Assembly: GCF_964188315.1 (NCBI RefSeq)
Contig: NC_135670.1
Location: 1,178,001-1,242,000, forward strand
From: Podarcis muralis
Lineage: Eukaryota
DNA: 64,000 nt
Direction of reading: 5' to 3'
Part shown: positions 47,609 through 60,300 of the stretch, piece by piece
How the letters are laid out: each line of letters opens with the position of its first letter
How positions within the stretch are numbered: the first letter of the stretch is position 1
Translations under genes and position numbers: made by a program
Notes under the pieces: model-generated
What the model saw: only the letters and a program-made list of their open reading frames with translations
Told to the model about the DNA's origin: nothing
Database searches by the model: none

Positions 47609-50600
47609 TTAATGTTTTCTCCGTATTAGCTGCTCCTTTTTGTTCAGATCAGGCCTAAAAACAATAATGTAGCATTTAGGAGCAAAGATACAGCTCAGTA
47701 AACCTGAGCCAGATGACAGGATGGAGAAGACCTCCACGGCCACCATGTATTTCCCCTTGGTGCTCAGGTAAGTTGGAACAAAGGACAGCCACACACTGCA
47801 GAAGACCAACATGCTGAAGGTGATGAACTTGGCTTCATTGAAACTGTCTGGCAGCTTCCTAGCAAGGAAAGCCACCGTGAAGCTGACAGTGGCTAGAAAG
47901 CCCATATAACCCAGGACACAGTAGAACATGGTGACTGACCCTTCATTACATTCAATTATGATTTCTCCATACACTGAGTGACTGTCCAAATCTGGGAATG
48001 GGGGAGAAAAACCCAGCCAAAGAGCACAAATGGCGACTTGAACGAGGGAGCAACACAATACGACAGAATGTGCCAATCTTTTCCCCACCCATTTCCGGAA
48101 AATGTTTCCTGGCTTGGAGGCCATGAAAGCCACAACCACTGTAATCGTCTTAGCCAAAACGGAAGAGACAGCAATCGAAAAGATGATGCCAAAAGCTGTT
48201 TGTCTGAGGAGGCAGGTGGTTTTCTTGGGTTGTCCGATGAATAGCAAAGCGCAGAGGAAGCAAAGGAGGAGAGAGGCCAGGAGAAGGTAGGTGAGGCTCC
48301 GATTGTTGGCTTTGACGATGGGAGTGTCCCGCTGCTTGATGAAGACTGCAAGCACCAGAGCTGTGATCAGGGCAAAGAGAAGAGCCAGAGAAGTCAAAGT
48401 AATGCCCAAAGTATCTTCAAAAGAAAGAAAACTTTGAATCTTGGGGAAGCAGTGATCTCTACGATTATTAGGGAAGTGATCTTCAGGGCATCTGGTACAG
48501 TAATCCAGGTCTGTAAGAGAAATATAATATGCATATGGTAAAGATGTCCATAATTGTTCTGTCTTATAAGAGTCACTTTTCTAAAAATCCACCTAAATCC
48601 AGTGTTTAAATCTTCTGGATCCAGCATTGTCCACCAGTGACCTTTATCCAGCACCGAAGTGAGAAAATAAATCTATTGAGTGAATGGACATCAAAATGGC
48701 AAATGAAATTCAGCATTAGCAAGTGTAAATTGCAGCAAAAATCCTAATTTCACATATTCATAAATTCAGTCGGATCTGGTGGTTATTGACTAGTAGTGAG
48801 ATCTTTAAATTATGGAGGATAGCTTGATGAAGAATTTAACCTTGAATGTGGCAGCTGTGTGTTAAGGAGTGTTAGGGAAATTATTGGATGGAAACCAGTT
48901 AGCGTCATTATATAAATCTATAGTGTGACCACTATTGGAATATTAATGTGGTGCTAGAAAAGTTTCTGAAAGGGCAAGTAAAATGATCAGAGGGTTGGAA
49001 CAACTCCTTTTTGAGGAATGTTGCAGTTGCAGCTTCTAACATCAAAGAAAAAAAGGCATGGGAAGGTGGACACTAGAGTGTTTGGACTATGCATGGTGTG
49101 AAGATTTGGAAGCCCACTGTTTTTACTTGTTAGGTTTCTTTGCTGGTAGTTATATTATTATTGTTGAGTTTTTGGGTTTGTGTGTGTAACTTTTTTATCA
49201 ATTTTTTGAAGGCAGAAATAAAAAAAATAAATTATTTAACTGAGTACAAAACATAAAGCATGGTCAAGGATTGTTAAAGATAAACACTCTACAGCTATGC
49301 AACCCATTGGAAGAATTGTACAGAGAAATAAATAAAATCTATCTTGTTGACAATTTCTAATTAATAATCAATGTTCTTGCATGCTCCAGGTTACTGTTTA
49401 CTCCCTCCCAAACTAGACGTTATTACTCTAACCACAAACAAGAATATTCTGCAACTGGCAGCAGCTAAATCTGAAGAATGGTGCTTGTTTACACATATAT
49501 GTTCTACTACTACCCATACTTTTCATGACAAACGTATTTCTTATAAATATTTCTCCTACCCTCCTGGTTCGAAATCATATCTTCTGGACATGGAGAACAG
49601 TCATAGCAACAAAATTTCTTTCCCTCCTTTTTTTTCCTGCTGTACCCCGGATAGCACTGATCATTACATAAAGAGAATGGAGGTACCTATTCTTGAACAA
49701 AGGAAGGATTGAGCATTAATTGTTTGGATTTCCTTTCTTTTCCAAATAATATCCAATAAACAAAGGGCTGATGAAATGAAGTATTAACATCTGTGATTGC
49801 GCAAATGGCAAGTTCAGTGTAAAGAATGCTGTACTAAGTCTTTAGGTGGGGGTGGGTCTACTCCACCACAATGAAGGAGGAAATCTAATGCCGCCTCAGC
49901 CACCCAGTTACTATGAAAGTTATCATAAAGTGAGAATTTTCCACACCTGAGACAATTCTCTGTGCCATTCAAGTCTCTCTTCGTTAATAGTGAGCACTTC
50001 ACCAGGGGGAGCCTGAGGATCCAGCCTTCCCACTTTGACTTTGACATAAGAGTTATTTGGGAAAGTGACCAAGCTGGTAATGTCAAATCCAGCTACTATT
50101 TCTCTGTTTTCATTAAACATAATTTCATCACCAGCACTGTTGTTGAATAGAATGTCTCTAAACAATGAATGACTCTGGATGGGGAGAGAAAAAGAACTGA
50201 GAAGAAGAAGATGGGTTTGGATTTGACACCCCGCTTTATCACTACCCTAAGAAGTCTCAAAGCGGCTAACATTCTCCTTTCCCTTCCTCCCCCACAAGAA
50301 ACACTCTGTGAGGTGAGTGAGGCTCAGAGACTTCAGAGAAGTGTGACTGGCCCAAGGTCACCCAGCAGCTGCATGTGGAGGAGCGGGGAAGTGAAGCTGG
50401 TTCACCAGATTACAAGTCCACCGCTCTTAACCACTACGCCACACTGGCGTTAGAAAATACCAAGACGTTGATTATTTTCAGAAACATTACTCTGGGACAC
50501 CCCGCCACTGTACTGGAGAGCTTGCAGTCACAAGGACACTTTCCTTCATGTGTGGTGGGAGTGTGAAAAATGAACAACTTATTGACTATATTCATGAATA

Positions 50601-53600
50601 TTTCTTCAATAACAAGCCAGTCTATAGCCCTGCACTTGGCTGTTAAAAGTGATGTAAATTTCACCCTTGTTTAGAAGGAGCTGCTAACTCTGCTGCTGGC
50701 TGCAGTCAAACTTGAAACTGGAAGTCTACATTGGGTTCCTTCCAGGAATGAATGGTGTCAGACATTAACCTATCATGGCAGGGTTTTGATGCTGTTTGGG
50801 CCTATGTTGTGCATAACTTTCATGATAAAAAGTGTTCTTTTTATCATACCACATTGTTCCACCATACAGTTATATGTATGCAACTATTTTTCAGTTAAAG
50901 GGTTATGGTAAGGGACAGCATCTCAAGTATGGTACCAAGTGTGAGGTGCAACATGTGAACCCATGTCACTTCACCAAAAGTGTCAAAATCTTCCATCACC
51001 CTCCACCAAATCTCCACTCTCCCTGAAAATAGATTTTTTTAAAATATAAAAACAAAACAAAAACCTACCCTAAATATTTATAGGGAGGATTGAAATTGAT
51101 GAGCGGGACCAAGGGTTTAGACACATGTTCTAAATGGATTTCAGAGGCATTACCTTCCAGGGTTCCACTTTCCAAGGATGCAGCTTGCCTCCATTTTCCA
51201 TATGTCTGTAATTTAATCTGTATGAACGCATGATCCGTAAAGCATGTGCCACAGCAAAGACAGCATTATAGATACTGTAGCTGTGACCTGTCATGCTTAA
51301 TTGAAAAAATTGCCCAGGAAGGCTCTCCAGCTTCTCCTCACCACTACATGCTCCATCAATATCTGTGAAGCCATCAGAACTTGGAACAAAGCAGTCAAAT
51401 GCTTGTTCCCAGAAATCTTTGATAAAACCATCTCCTTTGGCTTGAGTAGGTTTTAAAGTTTGAATATATTTTCGGAATCCTTGAACCTCATTTGAAGGAA
51501 TTGTGAAAGAAATAGCCCCATGGAACATTTGGATATCCCAGGTTTTTTGTAATATAAAGAGTGCAAAATCAATCTGGGCTGTTGTAATCCATACTTTCCC
51601 AAAAGATGCAGTCTCATTGTACTGAGACTCAGCTGCTAGAGACTTCTTTACCCCCAAGATAATGGCTGCCAACCATCTAATATTTGCAGTTTCTCCATAT
51701 AGAACAATCACATTGGCTTTGCTGTTCTTGAAAACTGGCACGCTCTTCATAATGTATTTGTTCATTTCACCCATTTCCAATATTCTCAAATAAATTGGAA
51801 CTTTATTTGTGAAGGCTGAACAGATTCCATTCTTGGAAAAGATTGCTTCCATGACCTGCAAGAAATGTTCTCCACCAGCATCATCAAAAGTCATCAGCCC
51901 AACCCATTTCCATCTAAAATGCACTAGTAGCTCAACAATTCCTTGGTACTGGAGGGCTTCATTGGGGACCATGCGGTAAAAGGAAGGGAAAGCTACTTGA
52001 TCATTCATTGCTGGTTGAAATGAGCCATATGAAAACTAGAACAAAGAAAGAAACAGATTTTAACTGTGATAGCATCCTGAAGAATGAGCCAGGTTGTATT
52101 TTCCCTCTGCCTCTTTTCAACAGCAGACTATTGGTCCAAAGAAGCAAGACAATATCCATCCCAACACCAGATCTAAAACCTGGACGATATCATTTAATTG
52201 GATCTGTTCCTGGAAGTCACAGTCCTCTGCCAAGAAATCGAGGCACAAACAGAAGTGTGAGTGAGCCCTTAGACTCCTTCCAGGAAAAGAAGAAGATTTT
52301 ATTATCCCCTATGAATGCAACACATTGATCCTACCTGTGGAATCTTGTAAAGTCCTAAAATATCTGCCATCTGTGAAGATGTATCAGATCTAAGGCCACC
52401 AATGATGCCCATTAGATGTGTCTGGGTGTCACATTTGTAGTTGGGGAAAAACTGATGGAATTTGAAAATAAGATCCAGTGTGGTGCGGTAGGTCATCCTT
52501 GCATCATAGTAGCTATCATAGATGTGGAACCCAAGAGTGACATTGGGCAAGATGTTGGAATTCTCGTTGATCTCATGCACAGCAAATGCCAAGGCCAGGA
52601 TGTGCTGGTAGAATTTTGGCACCATCCTGGAAACAGATTTACAAGCTCTTCTTAGGAGAAAAATCAACAGTACATTAAAATATGGTTCCACTCTGGTTTT
52701 AAGATAATTTAGCGGTCCAGTGAAAAGGAAAAGCTACAATTCCCAGAAGATGGTAGAGGTAAATACTTTTCGTTGGACAGAAAATGAAATTCACATTGGC
52801 TCACTTTTACTGGATTGCATTTCTTTATTATTTACTTTAATAGAACACTTACCTCTGAAGATCTTGAAGTGTTGTTTTTTTTAAATTACCCACTATTCCA
52901 CCATGTAGCCCAAAGCTTCCAAACAAAAACATGGCAAGCCAAAGGCTTACACCACCTAACAGACTTCTACAAAAATGGCAAACCCATACCGACACAAGAA
53001 ATACAAGACAAACTAGCAGACACCCAAATACCCTAGCTGACCCAGCAACAACTACACGACTTCTTAAATAATCCACCAATCATAGCAGCAGCCATTAGGC
53101 CTCTGGCAACCTTTGAAAAACTTTCCTGACAACAGAGGGACACAGCAAGGGGATGGTATCCACACTATACAAAAGACAACTCCAAGACCCTACAAAATCC
53201 CTCACCACAATTAAAGTCCAATGGGAACATGATATAGGTTACGAAATAAATCCTACTGAATGATCTAAACTGTGGTCTAAACCACCCTTTAAGTCCATCT
53301 CATCCAAAAGAAGGAAACTCACTTTGCAACTAATTCATAGATGGTACCTGACACCTCGAAAGCAGGTCCTGACACACCTAGGAACTTCACCTAAATGCAG
53401 GGGAGGTTGCACCTCTACAGGAACATACCTTCAAATGTGGTGGGATTACCACCCAATTCAATCCTTTTGGGCATCAGTCCTACAAGAAATATGCAAAATA
53501 ACAAAACAGGTACAGTGGTACTTCAGCCAATCACCCATTCCCACCACCCTTCTGAGTAATACCCCTCCCCACCCTCTCACCATATATAAGGGTCTGATGA

Positions 53601-55069
53601 CTTCTGTTTCAGTGTATCTGAAGAAGTGTGCATGCACATGAAAGCTCATACCAAGAACAAACTTAATTGGTCTCTAAGGTGCTACTGGACATTTTTTTTT
53701 ATTTTTTAAATTTATATATTTATACATTATCTTTGTAACCGAAGCAGTCATAAATAAACAACACATACTGAACAATATTAGAACTTACAAAGATTGGCTA
53801 CCAAGCATATACATATAAGACTACCTCCACATTCCTGAAGCTCTAATGGGTTTATTGCCCCACAGTCGCTGGACCATTTAATACATCTCTCCCATCTTTC
53901 ACCTGAGAAAGGGTCAGTTCAGAGCAGGCTGTCACCTGCGGGGGGTGGGGAGCTATAATACTACTTCCACCCACTCAATCCCAGCTCCTGATAAATAACC
54001 AATCAGCACTGGTAGTGACAGAGCTGGCTCAAGAGATTTTGGCATCTAGGCGAACCATAAAATTGCACATACACCCTCCCTGCCAGGGAAGAAGGGGCGA
54101 GTGAAGATCTGCACCAGGAACAAGTGGGGAATAAATATCTACATCAGGATCTTCTACCACTGTGGATCCTGCCATCTGAGGAAGTTACCTCACCTTGCCT
54201 CATGGGTGCGCCTGCCCTGGAAAGCTGACACAAACATCAGCCTCGCACTCAAGTGGTCCTGAAGGGCACTATAAACTCAAGTTGTTGCAGCCAATCAGCA
54301 GCTATGCTCTTCTTCTCCACCAGCAATTTCAGTAAAAGGAAGGGTTGGGGCAATTCAATGTATGTTTGCCCAGACAAAAACTGATAGAAGAAGTTAACAA
54401 AAGTTACAGACTGATTTTTAAAGCACTTCTTTAACTTCATATATTTACTGAGATATTTCCAGGTGGGGAAAAATGGAGATCTCTTAAAAAGCAGCACATT
54501 GTTCATCATTGACCTGTTTCGTATAAATTTTAAAAAGAGAGAGAAACAAGCCAATAAGAAAAAACAACAACATGCTGCTTCTTTGCTAAAATGGGAAGCC
54601 TCAGCAGGCAAGCCTATCGCCTCAGCTGAGTGAAATCATCTCAAAATATTTTAATGATTCAAATGGGTATTTAGAACAATGATATATCTAGTTAATGTCT
54701 TCTGGTCCTTAGGAACATTCACTCAGTCACAACAATTGATACTGTTCAATATAAACCAACCTTTGGTGATTCTAAAAGGATATAAACACCAAAATAAAAG
54801 CAAAGCTCACTTTTATGGTGTGTGGGAAAAATAATTTCTTACAGTTGGACACCAATCTCCTCCTCCAAAGGGTGTTTCAGGAAATCGATATCAGTTAAAA
54901 GGAAGTAGATATGAGACATTATTCCTCCAATGTGGATTTCACTTGACTGGTACCATTCATGCGGAATATGTACTGAATCATTCCCAGTGCAGTTGAAATT
55001 TTCTACTTTGCAAGCCGTATGTGGTAGCAACAGCAAGAACAACATCTCAAACCTCGTCCTGATGGCCAT
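47609..55069 (-). CDS. V2R gene 5: vomeronasal type-2 receptor (second sequence group, [11 protein letters not shown] type), 6 exons, ~885 aa, intact
   Basis: Exons (minus) 55069-54843, 52626-52335, 52035-51154, 50174-49947, 49686-49560, 48510-47609. 2658 nt open frame, canonical splice sites. Confidence 0.95.
50199..50448 (-). mobile_element. tRNA-derived SINE family A
   Basis: Same family. Tail ends ~24 nt upstream of the gene 5 exon-4 acceptor. Confidence 0.88.
52850..53510 (+). mobile_element. L1/Tx1-clade LINE ORF2 C-terminal fragment (degraded)
   Basis: LIHRWYLTP...C.GGC...GTY..MWW....I..FW..V...I, the Cys-rich C-terminus of L1-clade ORF2, with stops. Confidence 0.75.
53524..53690 (+). 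mobile_element. Retroelement terminus (Penelope-like, tentative)
   Basis: TCTGAAGAAGTGTGCATGCACATGAAAGCTCATACC...GGTCTCTAAGGTGCTACTGGA resembles a common reptile repeat terminus. Class assigned from memory. Confidence 0.45.
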
Positions 55070-56333
55070 AGGAAGCTCTGAACTGAGATTTCTTTCTGAT
55101 GCTCTAGGGTATAGTTATTATTGCTAGCTTGGATTGAACAAATTAGCTCTGCTGCTGGTCTCTTTTGAAAATACACTTTTAGGGACCTGTATCTCGTATC
55201 TACCTTGCATTTACCATCAAGAGGGTGAATGTCCCTTCACATCAATTGCAAGACAATAATCTGACTCTTGACCTGTTAGATCTCAAGCCTTGCCTCTCTC
55301 CAATCCCCTTACCTGTAGCTGGCAATTTTACAGTGGGGTAGTATAAAATCCTTCCAGGCATGCTTATTTTCTGCACCACCACCCCACTGAAAAGTCCCTG
55401 CAGAGTTGGCCAGCTGAATAAAATACAGTAATTTGGGTAATTACAGGGTGGCATCACTAGCTGCTGATTCAAACATGTTTGTGAGATTTCAAATCAAACT
55501 TCTTCAGCTCTCTAGTTGGTCTTCAGCTGAGTGGTGACTAGAAAGTGACCCACAGTGACCACAAGGATAGAACATGTCTGGATGCAGGGATATTAGATAT
55601 GTCAAAGTTACAGTTGAACTCCTGCTCTCCAATGGCATTAAGGCAAATAACAAAGCCCCCTTGGTGGTGTGTCATTTCCCACACACCCTGCCCTGTCCCT
55701 TGTCCTCAATTTCCACTGGTTATCACAAGATAATTCCTCATATCAAAATAATATGTATTTTGGAGTGATATATGATCACTGTACTCCTCTAGGCTTTTAT
55801 TAGTAGATTTTGTACTTATAAAAGTACATGGAATGTGAGCTATAAGCTATGAGCCAAGGGAGCTATGATTTTGAGAATGTATATGAGCACAAGTAACAAA
55901 CTAGCAACCATTGTATGCTTCACATGATACAAAATGGCTTCCAATAGAGGGCTGGCATGACATGAAATGGCTGTTGTGGCTCTAAAGCACAAGTGAAATT
56001 TTGTAGTTAAAGACTCACATATACATAAAAAATAGGAATGGGGAAATAAGGACACTATGGATTAGTCTGTTCAACATTTTACTTTCAAATTCTACAATTT
56101 ACTATACTTCACCAAGAAAACAGGAACAAAATTCAATACTGAGGAAGGCATTACTCAAAAAGGCATATGAAGGTTTCATTCTACTTAAATTTCAACGGCT
56201 GTTTGTTTTGTGTATGTGAGAAGAATGCTTCAGATATTTCAAAAGGGCGGTCCAAAATTAGACATTGCACAGGGAAGCTGACTTTCACAGAAAATAAATA
56301 AAAATGAAGAAAATGATCTGAATATTTGAAACG

Positions 56334-57277
56334 TTAATGTTTCTTCCTTATTAGCTGCTCCTTTTTGTTCAGATCAGGCCTAAAAACAATAATGTAGCAT
56401 TTAGGAGCAAAGATACAGCTCAGTAAACCTGAGCCAGATGACAGGATGGAGAAGACCTCCACGGCCACCATGTATTTCCCCTTGGTGCTCAGGTAAGTTG
56501 GAACAAAGGAGAGCCACACACTGCAGAAGACCAACATGCTGAAAGTGATGAACTTGGCTTCATTGAAACTGTCTGGCAGCTTCCTAGCAAGGAAAGCCAC
56601 CGTGAAGCTGACAGTGGCTAGAAAGCCCATATAACCCAGGACACAGTAGAACATGGTGACTGACCCTTCATTACATTCAATTATGATTTCTCCATACACT
56701 GAGTGACTGTCCAAATCTGGGAATGGGGGAGAAAAACCCAGCCAAAGAGCACAAACGGCGACTTGAATGAGGGAGCAACACAATACGACAGAATGTGCCA
56801 ATCTTTTCCCCACCCATTTCCGGAAAATGTTTCCTGGCTTGGAGGCCATGAAAGCCACAACCACTGTAATCGTCTTAGCCAAAACGGAAGAGACAGCAAT
56901 CGAAAAGATGATGCCAAAAGCTGTTTGTCTGAGGAGGCAGGTGATTTTCTTGGGTTGTCCGATGAATAGCAAAGCGCAGAGGAAGCAAAGGAGGAGAGAG
57001 GCCAGGAGAAGGTAGGTGAGGCTCCGATTGTTGGCTTTGACGATGGGAGTGTCCCGCTGCTTGATGAAGACTGCCAGCACCAGAGCTGTGATCAGGGCAA
57101 AGAGAAGAGCCAGAGAAGTCAAAGTAATGCCCAAAGTATCTTCAAAAGAAAGAAAACTTTGAATCTTGGGGATGCAGTGATCTCTACGATGATTAGGGAA
57201 GTGATCTTCGGGGCATCTGGTACAGTAATCCAAATCTGGAAGAAAAAGATATGTATATATATATGTATATATGTATA

Positions 57278-57324
<47 letters not shown>

Positions 57325-60300
57325 GATAACATCAGTAATCAGAACCAAGTTTCTATGAGTCCACCTAAATCGGTATTTGCAGTCTTGGTAATTGTTTCCA
57401 GGGATTAATTCTAATTCATTCTGCATAAGAAACATGTGGTTTGTCAGGGTTCTTTAACCCTACTGAGTAAAGAAAGACTTGTGGTGTGGCAGGCTATTTG
57501 GAGATAGGGAAAATGGGTTGATTTCAATTGAGATTTCCCGAGCCTTCTCTTCCCTTTTACAGTATATAACATACAGTATATATATAGACATATAACTATT
57601 ACTATTCCCCATCTTTGTCAGTGCTTTAGGCAGCGTCAAAAGCTCACTAGACCCCTTGCCTGGCTATTTTGCATTAATTCAGCCAAAGTGATCCAGCTTT
57701 CTATTGTGGAGATCTATGATTTTCTCCCTTCCCCCTTCTTTTTGGTAGAGTTCCAAGATTTCAACGAATGATCAATTGTTTCAAACATGATTAAAGGGTC
57801 ATACAATATGCTGTTGGGTTTTTTTGCCGAAGCAACTTCTCCATCTCCTTCCCATCCATAAAAACACTATTGAAAATAATCTGCAGGCTAAATCTCATGC
57901 ATCCACCTCCAAAAACTGTCTATACTTTTCATTAGAAATATTTAAACATGTCTCCTACCTTCCTGTGTTGAGATCATTTCCTCTGGGCATGGATAGCAGT
58001 CGTAGCAACAAAATTTCATCCCCTCCTTCTTTTTTCTGCTGTACCCAGGATAGCATTTATCATTGCATAAGGAGAATGGAGGCACCTATACATTGATGAA
58101 GGAATAATTTTCCATGGAATTAATTGTTTTCATTTTACAAAGAAGGGTTGATTAATTTTAAACATTAACATATGTCAGTGTTTCCCAACCTTGGGCCTCC
58201 AGCTGTTTTTGGACTACAACTCCCATCATCCCTAGCTAGCAAGACCAGTGGTCAGGGATGATGGGAATTGTAGTTCAAAAACAGCTGGAGGCCCAAGGTT
58301 GGGAAACACTGACATATGTGACTACAGAGACAGTGCAGAGAGTGTGGGCAATGCTTACTATTGGAATAAGAGGAAAACATCATAAAGAAATCTCTGTCCA
58401 TGGCAAACCCTGTACTATATTTTTTTCAATAACTAGAAAGTACCAAAAGGGGGGGGGGATTAGAAATAGCAAGATAAGATGGGCTAAAATATCTACAGTC
58501 TCTTAGTGACCAGCACCAATCTTCTGCAGTGGCTTCCTGTTTGCTACAAAGCCAGGTTCAAAATCTACGTCTAGGGACTTCCTGAACAAATATATCCCAG
58601 CTCAGAGTCTTTCAGAAGTCCTGGTTCTCAGCTTGATAACACAGTAAGAATAGGTAATTAAAAAGGAGGATTTATTGCAAAAACAAACAGATAGCTCCAG
58701 ATGGCTCTAACAAAGCCTCTGGCATCATTACTCAAGATGACCCTTCTGAAGATTCCTTCCTATGATGACAGAAGATATTGAACTCATGAACCTTACGTCT
58801 CTTGTTTTGCTTCCTGTCTAACAGCCCATCCCTTCACCGATTCTCCACACTTATTGGATTAGCTCCAGCCTCTTCCTTTTCTGACAGGCTACCCATGTCT
58901 CTATTCGCTCCTGTTTGAATTTCCTGAGAGCTTTGGCTGCGCTCCAATGCTCAGAGGAGTCAAATTTGAGCCTCTCTGTTCTGCCACAGGCTCTAACGTT
59001 CCACTAGGAGCTGGCTCATTCCTGGCAGTGTCACTGGTTGTCCCCCACATTGATTCAGTTGACACTGACAAGAAATTGAGTGCCATTGGCCCAGCCTTGT
59101 AGAACACTCTTCCAATGGAGATTCAGAATGCAGCTTCTATATTGACCTTTAAATGCATACTGAAAACTTTAATCGGACGCTTTCTGTAATGGTTTATGAT
59201 CTGATGATGGTGATGGCATGATGGTTCTTATTCTGCATATATAATTCTGCATATATAAACTTCAGTTCCTTTCAATGAAATTGAGGTGTACAGTGGTACC
59301 TTGGGTTAAGAACTTAATTCGTTCTGGAGGTCTGTTCTTAACCTGAAACTGTTCTTAACCTGAGGTACCACTTTAGCTAATGGGACCTCCTGTTGCCACC
59401 AGAGCACGATTTCTGTTCTCATCCTGAAGCAAAGTTCTTAACCCAAGGTACTATTTCTGGGTTAGTGGAGTCTGCAACCTGAAGCGTCTGTAGCCCGAGG
59501 TACCACTGTACAAGCATTTTAATAAATAATTAAAGAGTTTTCACAATGATTTTTTTCCTTAGGGTGGCATTTCTCTAGTAATGATATCACTCATTATATA
59601 TCTGTGTGTGCGCTTGTGTATAATTGTAGGCTGCCTTTTTCTATTAAAGAAAAAAACCAGCAAGGTGATGGACAGCATACAAAATTACTCTAAGTTCAAA
59701 AACAAACCAACAAATTACCACCCTTATTCAAGATACATTGTTATTTATTAATTGGAATAATGTGCTAATATTATGCCAAGCCAATGAATGTCATTGATTG
59801 TATGAAACAAAATTTGTATCCATTTATTTTAAATGGATGCCAGCCCATGGATGGATATCAATGGTATCATACGAGATGCTCTGCCAATGCTCTGCACCTG
59901 AGACAAGTCTCTGTGCCACTCAAGTTTCTCCTCGCTGATGGTGAGTGCTTTGTCCGGAGCAGCCTGAGGATCCAGCCTTCCCACTTTGATTCTAGCATAG
60001 GAATTGTTAGGGAAGGTGACTATGTTTGTAACATCAAATCCAGCTACAAATTCCCCATGTTCATTGAACATAATTTCGTCTCCAACAGTGTTGTTGAGTG
60101 GGTTGTTCCTAAGCAATGAATGGAGCTACACGAGGAGAGAAATAGAACAGAGAGCCCCATAAGAGGCAGAATATTCTCAGCAAGATATACATAAACCATT
60201 TCCAGCTCATGCTAAGCATATCTGCTCAGAAATATATCCTAGTAAAGTAAAGGTAAAGGGACTCCTGACCATTAGGTCCTGTTGCGGACGATTCTGGGGT

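Noticed and set aside
57236-57332. N-terminal [14 protein letters not shown] of ORF 56334-57332 as protein
   Set aside because: Intronic microsatellite upstream of the exon-6 acceptor at 57236.
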